DNA of 32,175 nucleotides from a virus (Duplodnaviria; Heunggongvirae; Uroviricota; Caudoviricetes): IMG/VR virus record IMGVR_UViG_2617270948_000002, positions 1 to 32,175 of that record; one strand, 5' to 3'. Shown piece by piece: positions 1 to 7,917 of this stretch (position 1 is its first letter; each line of letters starts with the position of its first letter). The notes under the pieces were generated by a model. It saw only the letters and a program-made list of their open reading frames with translations, ran no database searches and was not told where the DNA came from. The position numbers and the translations under genes were made by a program.

Positions 1-768
<768 letters not shown>

Positions 769-1007
769 AGTGTTTTTGGCAGCCAAGAACAGGGAGTCTC
801 TGTTTGTCTGGCGGCTAAAGGTGATATGGAAATCGTGATGTCTTGGCCTAAAGTAGTTGCAACAGTTGGAGCGATTATGGTGGTAGTAGTGATCATCGCA
901 CCACCCATTTGCAAGGGTTGACGACATTATTTATCCGGCGCTATATTCTGTGCGTTGCCGCAAAATCGGCACACGGGATTGGCGTCCCGGAATACTACTC
1001 AACGCAT

Positions 1008-1029
1008 ACCGCGTTAAGCGGTTTTTTTA
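1008..1029 (+). terminator. Candidate intrinsic terminator (5-bp stem accgc/gcggt, loop gttaa, T7 run)
   Basis: accgcgttaagcggt followed by tttttttat, seen directly. Stem is short, so strength is uncertain. Confidence 0.35.
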
Positions 1030-1127
1030 TGCGCTAAGCACGGCTACGCCCAAATTATGGTGGGCTGTGTGAGGGCTTCTTCGGGAGCGCCGGGTTTGAG
1101 TAGCCGGTTACGCCAACCTTGCACAGT

Positions 1128-1160
1128 TCACCACCAGTCGATTGGCGTCGTTGGTGGTGA
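1128..1160. promoter_or_regulatory. 9-bp perfect inverted repeat (tcaccacca / tggtggtga) with 15-bp spacer, 25 bp upstream of the antirepressor start; candidate operator
   Basis: Seen directly in sequence. The position immediately upstream of the RBS (gaggtga) and ATG at 1185 suggests repressor control of the antirepressor gene. Confidence 0.3.
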
Positions 1161-1184
1161 TGGTTAACCTGATGAGGTGATACT

Positions 1185-1793
1185 ATGACTACTCAATTAG
1201 CATTCCACAAAACGACGTTTACCCCAATTTGCCACAATAACAGAATTTGGCTTACTGCCACTGAAGTTGGTTTAGCTCTGGAATATGCGGACGATAAAGC
1301 AGTTCAGCGCATTTACTCTCGTCACTCAGATGAATTTACAGATATGATGACAAGGGTGGTCAAAGTGACCACCCCTCGTGGAATGCAGGAGTCTCGAGTA
1401 TTTAGCCTTCGCGGAGCCCATTTGATCGCCATGTTTGCACGAACTCCTGTAGCCAAAGAGTTCCGCCGCTGGGTTCTGGATATTCTCGATCGAGAAGTTC
1501 AACAATCCCCGATCACAAAACAATTCACTGATAACGAACTTTGCACACTCGCCTGGTTATGGCGAGCAAGTGATACGATGTTAATCGCCTGCCAGAACGT
1601 TACTCCACTTCTTCAGGTTGCGGAGCACCGCGAAGCCGGTCGCTTTACTTCTATCAGTCAGGAATATCCCCTGATACTCAGCAAGGCGCGAGCAATCCTT
1701 GCCAGAGAAACGGCGCATGTAAAATTCCAACCGTGGCAGGATGATAAGTGGAGCAGGGTATTGCCACATTTGCGTCAGGCTAGATTGCAATAG
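1185..1793 (+). CDS. Phage antirepressor-like regulatory protein (Bro-N / P22 Ant N-terminal-like domain)
   Basis: 202-aa ORF with RBS gaggtga. N-terminal region (RIWLTATEVGLALEY...RIYSRHSDEF...LRGAHLIAMFARTPVAKEFRRWVLDIL) fits the Bro-N/antirepressor pattern from memory; no search was run. Confidence 0.55.
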   Translation: MTTQLAFHKTTFTPICHNNRIWLTATEVGLALEYADDKAVQRIYSRHSDEFTDMMTRVVKVTTPRGMQESRVFSLRGAHLIAMFARTPVAKEFRRWVLDILDREVQQSPITKQFTDNELCTLAWLWRASDTMLIACQNVTPLLQVAEHREAGRFTSISQEYPLILSKARAILARETAHVKFQPWQDDKWSRVLPHLRQARLQ

Positions 1794-1886
1794 TTTTACA
1801 TATTAGGCGCTGAATGGATGCAAGCAGGTAGCGCACTGGGCGGCAATGATTAAGGCTTCAGATAAGCCAAGTAAGCACTGAAGAAG

Positions 1887-1914
1887 TTCAATGTAATCAA
1901 ATTCTCTTTATGGT
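1887..1914 (+). promoter_or_regulatory. Candidate sigma70 promoter (-35 ttcaat, 16-bp spacer, -10 tatggt) ahead of the AT-rich cassette
   Basis: Hexamers read directly; about 40 nt upstream of the ATG at 1956. Not verified. Confidence 0.25.
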
Positions 1915-1955
1915 ATTTTCGTTAGACCCCTCATGCACTTAGATGGAAATTTGAA

Positions 1956-2156
1956 ATGATGTATTCAGTGACTTTCGATGATACTGGACGAGTAGAAGAT
2001 ATTGAACTAGATCGTGAGGTTAGAGCCGGAGATAGACTCTCGCTTAATATTGATGGTCTTGATGGTATTTATATAGTCATGACTGTTAGCGGCCCTATCT
2101 ATGAAAATGTTTGTATGCCAATGAATATCCGGGTTCAAAAGTATTGGAAGCAATGA
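1956..2156 (+). CDS. Hypothetical small acidic protein (66 aa), first ORF of the AT-rich accessory cassette
   Basis: ORF in an AT-rich (~38% GC) segment, followed immediately by a strong intrinsic terminator. No recognisable family. Confidence 0.4.
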   Translation: MMYSVTFDDTGRVEDIELDREVRAGDRLSLNIDGLDGIYIVMTVSGPIYENVCMPMNIRVQKYWKQ

Positions 2157-2162
2157 TGTATA

Positions 2163-2190
2163 ATCCCCTCAGATGCTCGAGGGGATTTTT
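2163..2190 (+). terminator. Intrinsic terminator (8-bp stem atcccctc/gaggggat, 8-nt loop, T-run)
   Basis: atcccctcagatgctcgaggggatttt read directly; lies 7 nt after the stop of the 66-aa ORF. Confidence 0.6.
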
Positions 2191-2418
2191 ATGTCAGACT
2201 GGAACATTGCAGCAAAACCGCAAAAGGAACGTGACAAGGTAAGCGTTGGCCTTGCGCTTTCAGGTGTAGCGTATAAAGAACGCCCGAACATGCCGGTTAT
2301 AGCTAAACAGGTAGCTAGAGAACAACTTGGGCATCTCCGCGAGTACTTAATGGATCGCGTCCGTTATTACCGTAAGCAGAGCATCACCTTCCAAAAGCAT
2401 CCGAACCACGCTACATAG
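2191..2418 (+). CDS. Hypothetical small basic protein (75 aa)
   Basis: ORF with plausible protein-like composition, but the ATG directly abuts the upstream terminator with no Shine-Dalgarno. The six-frame track's start at 2173 lies inside the hairpin. Real status uncertain. Confidence 0.3.
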   Translation: MSDWNIAAKPQKERDKVSVGLALSGVAYKERPNMPVIAKQVAREQLGHLREYLMDRVRYYRKQSITFQKHPNHAT

Positions 2419-2433
2419 AAATGGCAGACTTAA

Positions 2434-3021
2434 ATGCAAGAAAATGAAAAGCAAGAGCAGCATGAAACTGAACCTCAGGATTTAGATTTTCCAGCAGAAT
2501 TTGACTCTCTGATTAATGCAAATGGAAAGATAACACCTGCATTGCTAACGGTAGTTAACCGGTATTTTTTATATTTTTCATTCTTTGAATCACTTCTTTT
2601 GGGGTGTTCTGGAAGTCAGGGGAAGAGTTCGAAATACGCAGCGAAATTGTTGGAATTCAAATTAGTTGATCTTGACGTTCTTAAGCGAACATACTTCTTT
2701 TTTGCAGACCGTTATCTGGCAGATGTAGTGAAGTTTGAAAACCTATGTGGTGATTTAGAGCATACATCGCAGAAGGCTAGGGATGAAAAAATTAAGGCCA
2801 TGCAATTAAAGACAAACGACCCTGAAATTCAGTTAGGTGTTTGTATTTTTGTTTGTTTCAGGTTGCGAAACAACCTTTTTCATGGACCAAAATGGCGTTA
2901 TTTGCTTGATGGGCAAGAGGATTTGCTCTTAATTGCCGGAAATTTTATACATTCTATTCTATTACAGGTGCCTAGTAGAGATGGCTGGGAATTCAAGAAT
3001 ATTTTAACTTCTACTGATTAG
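2434..3021 (+). CDS. Hypothetical 195-aa protein with C-terminal R-x4-H (HEPN-like) motif; candidate toxin/abortive-infection effector
   Basis: AT-rich ORF (~37% GC). Motif CFRLRNNLFHG (R145..H150, nt 2866-2883) matches the Rx4-6H / RNxxxH signature of HEPN RNases. Assignment is by motif only. Confidence 0.5.
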   Translation: MQENEKQEQHETEPQDLDFPAEFDSLINANGKITPALLTVVNRYFLYFSFFESLLLGCSGSQGKSSKYAAKLLEFKLVDLDVLKRTYFFFADRYLADVVKFENLCGDLEHTSQKARDEKIKAMQLKTNDPEIQLGVCIFVCFRLRNNLFHGPKWRYLLDGQEDLLLIAGNFIHSILLQVPSRDGWEFKNILTSTD

Positions 3022-3206
3022 CTTTGATTTTCCATAATCAACCCGCCATAATCATGTCATCGGAGCCTGAACAACTCCGGTGACTTCTGCGCTTTGAGGG
3101 GACTCAAAGTGCAAACGACAATCAGAACACCTTTCAACCAGTCACAGATGCAGAAATGCACCTGCGATATCTTGCATCCAACGTTTGACCTCTGCGGAGG
3201 TGAAGC

Positions 3207-3662
3207 GTGAACCTCCCACAAGATGGCATCAAATTGCATCGCGGTAACTTCACCGCTATCGGTCAGCAGATCCAGCCTTATCTGGAAGACGGCAAATGCT
3301 TTCGCATGGTGCTTAAACCGTGGCGAGAGAGACGCAGTCTTTCCCAGAATGCACTCAGCCACATGTGGTACAGCGAAATCAGTGAATACCTCATCAGCAG
3401 GGGGAAATCGTTCGCTACCGCAGCATGGGTAAAAGATGCTCTCAAACACACATACCTCGGTTATGAAACCAAGGACCTGGTTGATGTCGTAACCGGCGAA
3501 ATCACTACTATCCAGTCATTACGCCATACCTCCGATCTTGATACCGGAGAGATGTATGTCTTCCTGTGTAAGGTTGAAGCATGGGCGATGAATATTGGCT
3601 GCCACCTGACTATTCCGCAGAGCTGCGAGTTCCAGCTGCTGCGCGACAAGCAGGAGGCGTAA
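3207..3662 (+). CDS. ninB: NinB (Orf-family recombination mediator)
   Basis: GTG start with [28 protein letters not shown] resembles the lambda NinB core motif (RSLDQN...). Position upstream of ninE and rusA. Confidence 0.8.
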   Translation: MNLPQDGIKLHRGNFTAIGQQIQPYLEDGKCFRMVLKPWRERRSLSQNALSHMWYSEISEYLISRGKSFATAAWVKDALKHTYLGYETKDLVDVVTGEITTIQSLRHTSDLDTGEMYVFLCKVEAWAMNIGCHLTIPQSCEFQLLRDKQEA

Positions 3663-3832
3663 TGGCTACACCGCTTATTCGTGTCATGAACGGACACATC
3701 TACAAAGTACCAAATCGTCGTAAGCGTAAACCTGAGCTGAAGCCATCCGAAATACCAACACTGCTCGGATATACCGCCAGCCTGGTTGATAAAAAATGGT
3801 TGCGACTGGCAGCAAGGAGGAATCATGGCTGA
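3662..3832 (+). CDS. ninE: NinE-like small protein (56 aa)
   Basis: ATG overlaps the ninB stop (TAATG). Lysine/arginine-rich sequence ending ...LVDKKWLRLAARR resembles lambda NinE (...HLWDIRWLRRRARK) from memory. Too short to appear as its own entry in the ORF track. Confidence 0.6.
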   Translation: MATPLIRVMNGHIYKVPNRRKRKPELKPSEIPTLLGYTASLVDKKWLRLAARRNHG

Positions 3833-4115
3833 TTTGAGAAAAGCAGCGCGTGGTCGGGAATGCCAGGTAAGAATCCCTGGCGTATGTAATGGCAACCCTG
3901 AAACGTCTGTACTGGCATATATCCGGCTGGCTGGATTGTGCGGCACCGGTATCAAACCGCCAGACCTGATTGCCACCATCGCATGTTCTGCCTGTCACGA
4001 CGAAATCGACCGCCGCACACATTTTGTCGATGCTGAGTATGCAAAAGAATGCGCGCTGGAAGGTATGGCGAGAACACAGGTTATCTGGCTGAAAGAGGGG
4101 GTTATTAAGGCGTGA
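3825..4115 (+). CDS. ybcO: YbcO-like DUF1364 protein (putative nuclease of the nin region)
   Basis: AAGGAGG RBS then ATG at 3825. [31 protein letters not shown]... matches the DLP12 YbcO sequence as I remember it, with Cys-rich motifs. Confidence 0.75.
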   Translation: MADLRKAARGRECQVRIPGVCNGNPETSVLAYIRLAGLCGTGIKPPDLIATIACSACHDEIDRRTHFVDAEYAKECALEGMARTQVIWLKEGVIKA

Positions 4116-4474
4116 ATACCTACAGCATCACATTACCCTGGCCTCCGAGCAATAATCGCTATTACCGCCATAATCGCGGGCGCACGCACGTCAGCGCAGA
4201 GGGGCAGGCATACCGCGATAACGTCGCCCGAATCATTAAAAACGCAATGCTGGATATCGGCCTGGCTATGCCTGTGAAAATCCGTATTGAGTGCCACATG
4301 CCGGATCGCCGTCGCCGTGACCTGGATAATCTGCAAAAAGCCGCTTTTGACGCACTCACCAAAGCAGGTTTCTGGCTGGATGATGCTCAGGTCGTTGATT
4401 ACCGTGTTGTGAAGATGCCCGTTACCAAAGGTGGGAAGCTGGAGCTGACCATCACTGAACTGGGGAATGAATGA
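4112..4474 (+). CDS. rusA: RusA Holliday-junction resolvase
   Basis: 120 aa, [38 protein letters not shown]..., essentially the DLP12 RusA sequence from memory. Confidence 0.9.
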   Translation: MNTYSITLPWPPSNNRYYRHNRGRTHVSAEGQAYRDNVARIIKNAMLDIGLAMPVKIRIECHMPDRRRRDLDNLQKAAFDALTKAGFWLDDAQVVDYRVVKMPVTKGGKLELTITELGNE

Positions 4475-4611
4475 TGTTTGAGTCTTATATGGCAGAACGT
4501 CTTCGCCACCGCTGGATGCGCCTGCGCTTATATCGTTTTCCCGGTTCTGTTTTGACCGATTACCGGATACTGAAGAATTACGCCAAAACACTGAAAGGAG
4601 CTGCCGCATGA
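4471..4611 (+). CDS. ylcG: YlcG-like small protein (46 aa)
   Basis: [41 protein letters not shown]... overlapping the rusA stop (ATGA) and the Q-like start, as in DLP12. Confidence 0.7.
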   Translation: MMFESYMAERLRHRWMRLRLYRFPGSVLTDYRILKNYAKTLKGAAA

Positions 4612-5297
4612 ATACCCAATATTTACAGTATGTCCGCGAGCAACTCATTGTGGCTACTGCTGATTTGAGCGGAGCAACGAAAGGCCAGCTTGAAGCCTGG
4701 CTGGAGCATGCACAATTTGATACTGGTACATACAAACGAAAGAAGCCGCGCATTCTGGATGAGGTAACTGGCAGGATGATTACGCTGGATAATCCGCCGA
4801 TTTCCGGTAAGCAGTCGTACGCAAAAGGTTCATCCATTGCACTGGTCAGCCAGGTTGAGTTCTCAACCTCGTCATGGCGCCGCGCGGTTCTGTCTCTCGA
4901 AGAACATCAGAAAGCGTGGTTGCTGTGGAGTTACAGCGAAAGTGTTCGCTGGGAACATCAGGTCACCATAACGCAGTGGGCATGGAGCGAGTTTAAGACT
5001 CTGTTGGGTACCAGGAAAATTGCAGGTAAAACACTGGAACGTTTGAAGAAGTTGATCTGGCTGGCGGCACAGGATGTGAAGAACGAGCTGGCAGGGCGTA
5101 AGACCTATGAATACCAGGAGCTGGCATCACTGGTGGGAGTGACATCAAAAAACTGGTCTGAGACATTCACTGAACGCTGGGTTGCAATGAAGCACATTTT
5201 TCTACAGCTTGATAGCGAAGCTTTATTGCTTCTAACGAGAACACGTTCAAAACAAAAGGCGACATTTTCACAGCAAAATATTGCAAAACTGGATTAA
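4608..5297 (+). CDS. Putative late-gene antiterminator (Q-like)
   Basis: Position between rusA/ylcG and the lysis cassette, followed by a promoter/terminator-like non-coding region. Sequence itself not confidently recognised. Confidence 0.5.
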   Translation: MNTQYLQYVREQLIVATADLSGATKGQLEAWLEHAQFDTGTYKRKKPRILDEVTGRMITLDNPPISGKQSYAKGSSIALVSQVEFSTSSWRRAVLSLEEHQKAWLLWSYSESVRWEHQVTITQWAWSEFKTLLGTRKIAGKTLERLKKLIWLAAQDVKNELAGRKTYEYQELASLVGVTSKNWSETFTERWVAMKHIFLQLDSEALLLLTRTRSKQKATFSQQNIAKLD

Positions 5298-5478
5298 AAA
5301 GCATATATTTCATATAAATCTGATATTTTGCCAATGTTGTACGCACTGGCAGTAATCCAAATTCAAGCTCGAGGTTTAAAGCCTTGGGCTTTTCTGTTTC
5401 TGGGCGGTGAGTATCCTTCCAACGTACCCCAGCCAGGGTGTCTTCAGCTGTTGAGTTGATATTGCTTAACCCTCTGTT

Positions 5479-5503
5479 GCCAGCTACATGCTGGCTTTTT
5501 TAT
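5479..5503 (+). terminator. Intrinsic terminator in the late leader (tR'-like)
   Basis: gccagctacatgctggc hairpin followed by ttttttatt, read directly; lies between the Q-like gene and the holin. Confidence 0.55.
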
Positions 5504-5618
5504 TCCAGGCTTGCGGGGAGCATCAACTCCGTGCTTTGTCGTTAAATTACCCCGTGAGCCTGATTTCTGACATTTAACGTCCCGGCCTTTTGTCGGCGGC
5601 GAAACATTGGCTATTCAT

Positions 5619-5924
5619 ATGCACGAAAAAGAGAGCCTTGCCGGAGCGTTCTGGCTCGTTTTGCTGATCATCGCAGGTTGGGGCGGTCTGGTCCGCTACC
5701 TGATAGATGTGAAGCAGAGTAAAGCAACGTGGAGTTGGATAAATGCTCTGGCTCAGATAGTGGTATCAGGATTCACCGGTGTTATTGGTGGCCTGATCAG
5801 CATCGAAAGTGGATTCAGTATTTACATGATTCTCGCGACAGCGGGGATTAGTGGTGCGATGGGTTCGGTTGCACTGACGTACTTCTGGGAACGACTGACA
5901 GGGGTGAAAAATGCAAAATCTTAA
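5619..5924 (+). CDS. Holin (three predicted transmembrane segments); possible upstream alternative start at TTG 5607
   Basis: First gene of the lysis cassette. Hydrophobic stretches LAGAFWLVLLIIAGWGGLV, INALAQIVVSGFTGVIGGLI, IYMILATAGISGAMGSVAL. N-terminus MAIHMHEKE is a possible dual-start arrangement. Confidence 0.7.
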   Translation: MHEKESLAGAFWLVLLIIAGWGGLVRYLIDVKQSKATWSWINALAQIVVSGFTGVIGGLISIESGFSIYMILATAGISGAMGSVALTYFWERLTGVKNAKS

Positions 5925-6387
5925 TCCTCAGCGTAAGGCTTTCCTCGATATGGTGGCATGGTCAGAAGGAACGGATAACGGACGGCAGAAAACCAGAAAT
6001 CATGGTTATGACGTCATTGTAGGCGGAGAGCTATTTACTGATTACTCCGATCACCCTCGCAAACTTGTCACGCTAAACCCAAAACTCAAATCAACAGCAG
6101 CCGGGCGCTACCAGCTTCTTTCCCGTTGGTGGGATTCCTATCGTAAGCAGCTTGGCCTGAAAGACTTCTCTCCGAAAAGCCAAGACGCTGTGGCATTGCA
6201 GCAGATTAAAGAGCGTGGCGCTTTACCGATGATTGATCGCGGTGATATCCGTCAGGCTATCGATCGTTGCAGCAATATCTGGGCGTCGTTACCTGGTGCA
6301 GGTTATGGTCAGTATGAACATAAAATCAGTGACCTGATTTCCCGGTTTAAAGAGGCTGGTGGGGTGGTAAATGAAGTTGAGCTATAA
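5911..6387 (+). CDS. R: Endolysin, lambda R-like lytic transglycosylase
   Basis: 158 aa, QRKAFLDMVAWSEGTDNGRQKTRNHGYDVIVGGELFTDYSDHPRKLVTLNPKLKSTAAGRYQLL..., near-identical to lambda R as I remember it. Confidence 0.9.
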   Translation: MQNLNPQRKAFLDMVAWSEGTDNGRQKTRNHGYDVIVGGELFTDYSDHPRKLVTLNPKLKSTAAGRYQLLSRWWDSYRKQLGLKDFSPKSQDAVALQQIKERGALPMIDRGDIRQAIDRCSNIWASLPGAGYGQYEHKISDLISRFKEAGGVVNEVEL

Positions 6388-6763
6388 GCTGGTTATCGCT
6401 GCATTCTTCTTTACTGTCATCGGTTCTTTCATCTGGTCTGCCAACCACTACTACAGCAAATATCAGCACGAAAAGAAACGTGCTGATGAGGCTGTACAAA
6501 ATGCCAAATCGGCAACTGTCATTACCAATAACGTCCTGCAATCACTGCAAATCGTCAATACAGTTCTGGAGGCTAACCAGCATGCAAAACAGCAGATCAC
6601 ACTGGAGTCACAGAGAACCCAGGAAGATATCAAAGTGGCTGTTGCGGATGATGATTGTGCTTCACGTCCTGTGCCTGCTGCCGCTGCTGACCGGTTGCGG
6701 AAGTACGCGAACAGTTTACGTGCCTATTCCGGCGGTACCGTTGCCAGCAAGCCTGACTACTGA
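6371..6763 (+). CDS. Rz: Rz-like i-spanin
   Basis: N-terminal transmembrane segment (LVIAAFFFTVIGSFIWSANHYY) then coiled-coil-like region; overlaps endolysin end; contains embedded Rz1 frame. Confidence 0.75.
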   Translation: MKLSYKLVIAAFFFTVIGSFIWSANHYYSKYQHEKKRADEAVQNAKSATVITNNVLQSLQIVNTVLEANQHAKQQITLESQRTQEDIKVAVADDDCASRPVPAAAADRLRKYANSLRAYSGGTVASKPDY

Positions 6764-6920
6764 AACTCCCCAGCCAGTTATTCCCGATCCTCTGACCTAT
6801 GGGGCCAGCCTGGATCTGAATGCGAGCCTGCTTTCGGCGTTGGGACAATGCAATATTGACAAAGCGGGGATTAGAAGTATCGAGATGCGCCGTAACGTTT
6901 TGCTGGCAGCAGGCAAATAG
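6648..6920 (+). CDS. Rz1: Rz1-like o-spanin lipoprotein, starting inside Rz in the +1 frame and extending past the Rz stop
   Basis: MMIVLHVLCLLPLLTGCGS signal peptide with lipobox LTGC, proline-rich mature region. Confidence 0.65.
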   Translation: MMIVLHVLCLLPLLTGCGSTRTVYVPIPAVPLPASLTTETPQPVIPDPLTYGASLDLNASLLSALGQCNIDKAGIRSIEMRRNVLLAAGK

Positions 6921-6946
6921 CCTGGACAAAGAACAGGAATATATTT

Positions 6947-7297
6947 ATGCCTCCTCGAACCCCAAAAGCCTGCCGCGTTCGCGGCTGCCCCCATACCACC
7001 ACTGACTCGTCAGGCTATTGCGAAAGGCACAAAAGCGAAGGCTGGAAGCAATACAAGCCAGGCCAGTCCCGTCATCAGCGCGGTTATGGTTCGAAGTGGG
7101 ACAGTATCCGCGCGCGCGTCCTGAAGCGTGACAAAGGTTTATGTCAGTTATGTCTGCGTGCCGGTGTGGTGCGTGAAGCTAAAACCGTTGACCACATCAT
7201 CCCTAAAGCGCATGGCGGCACCGATGCAGACAGTAATCTGCAGAGCCTGTGCTGGCCGTGCCATAAGACGAAGACGGCCCGTGAACGGCTAAAGTGA
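6947..7297 (+). CDS. HNH endonuclease (terminase-associated)
   Basis: Cys-rich N-terminus (CRVRGCPHTT...GYCERH) and HNH core (VDHIIPKAHGGTDADSNLQSLCWPCHKTK); located immediately upstream of the small terminase. Confidence 0.8.
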   Translation: MPPRTPKACRVRGCPHTTTDSSGYCERHKSEGWKQYKPGQSRHQRGYGSKWDSIRARVLKRDKGLCQLCLRAGVVREAKTVDHIIPKAHGGTDADSNLQSLCWPCHKTKTARERLK

Positions 7298-7422
7298 TAA
7301 TAATTCTCAACTGCCTGAGGGGAGGGGCGGGGCAAATCCCTGTGGCCTGACGTCTTCCGGACTGCCCGCCCCATCGTTTTTTTATACCCGCGAAAAATGA
7401 AATTTAACCAGGAGTGCCGCAT

Positions 7423-7917
7423 ATGGCTGGAACGGCGGGGCGTTCCGGGCGTCGCCCCAAGCCAACGGCGCGCAAGGCGCTGGCCGGAAACCCCGGCAAG
7501 CGAGCCCTGAATAAAGATGAACCTGTTTTTACGCCCATCAAAGGTGTTGAGCCACCGGAGTGGTTCGCTGAAGAAGATCTCCCTCTCGCTACGATCATGT
7601 GGCAACTGACAACTAAAGAACTCTGCGGTCAGGGCCTGCTGTGCGTGACTGACCTCGCGGTGCTTGAGCGGTGGTGCGTGGCCTACGAGTTCTGGCGACG
7701 TGCCGTGAAAAATATTGCCAGACAGGGCAACACCATCACCGGTGCAATGGGCGGTATGGTCAAAAATCCGGAGCTGACCGCCAAAAAAGAACAGGAGTCC
7801 GAGATGAGCAGTACGGGGGCGATGCTCGGACTCGACCCCAGCAGCCGCCAGCGTCTGATTGGCCTGGCGGGGCAGAAGAAAGCCACTAACCCGTTTCTGA
7901 AAATTATCGAATCATGA
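7423..7917 (+). CDS. Terminase small subunit (P27-family-like)
   Basis: AGGAG RBS then ATG at 7423; basic N-terminus [14 protein letters not shown]; precedes and overlaps the large terminase. Confidence 0.8.
   Translation: MAGTAGRSGRRPKPTARKALAGNPGKRALNKDEPVFTPIKGVEPPEWFAEEDLPLATIMWQLTTKELCGQGLLCVTDLAVLERWCVAYEFWRRAVKNIARQGNTITGAMGGMVKNPELTAKKEQESEMSSTGAMLGLDPSSRQRLIGLAGQKKATNPFLKIIES

Noticed and set aside
2173..2190. ORF-track start at 2173 for the 81-aa ORF
   Set aside because: That start lies inside the terminator hairpin stem; the ATG at 2191 is the more plausible start if the ORF is real at all.
3461..4022. Minus-strand ORFs of 172 and 112 aa overlapping ninB, ninE and ybcO
   Set aside because: Antisense to conserved nin genes; considered frame artefacts.
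4133..4837. 234-aa minus-strand ORF spanning rusA, ylcG and the Q-like gene
   Set aside because: Antisense to three recognisable plus-strand genes; no RBS; composition unlike real proteins.
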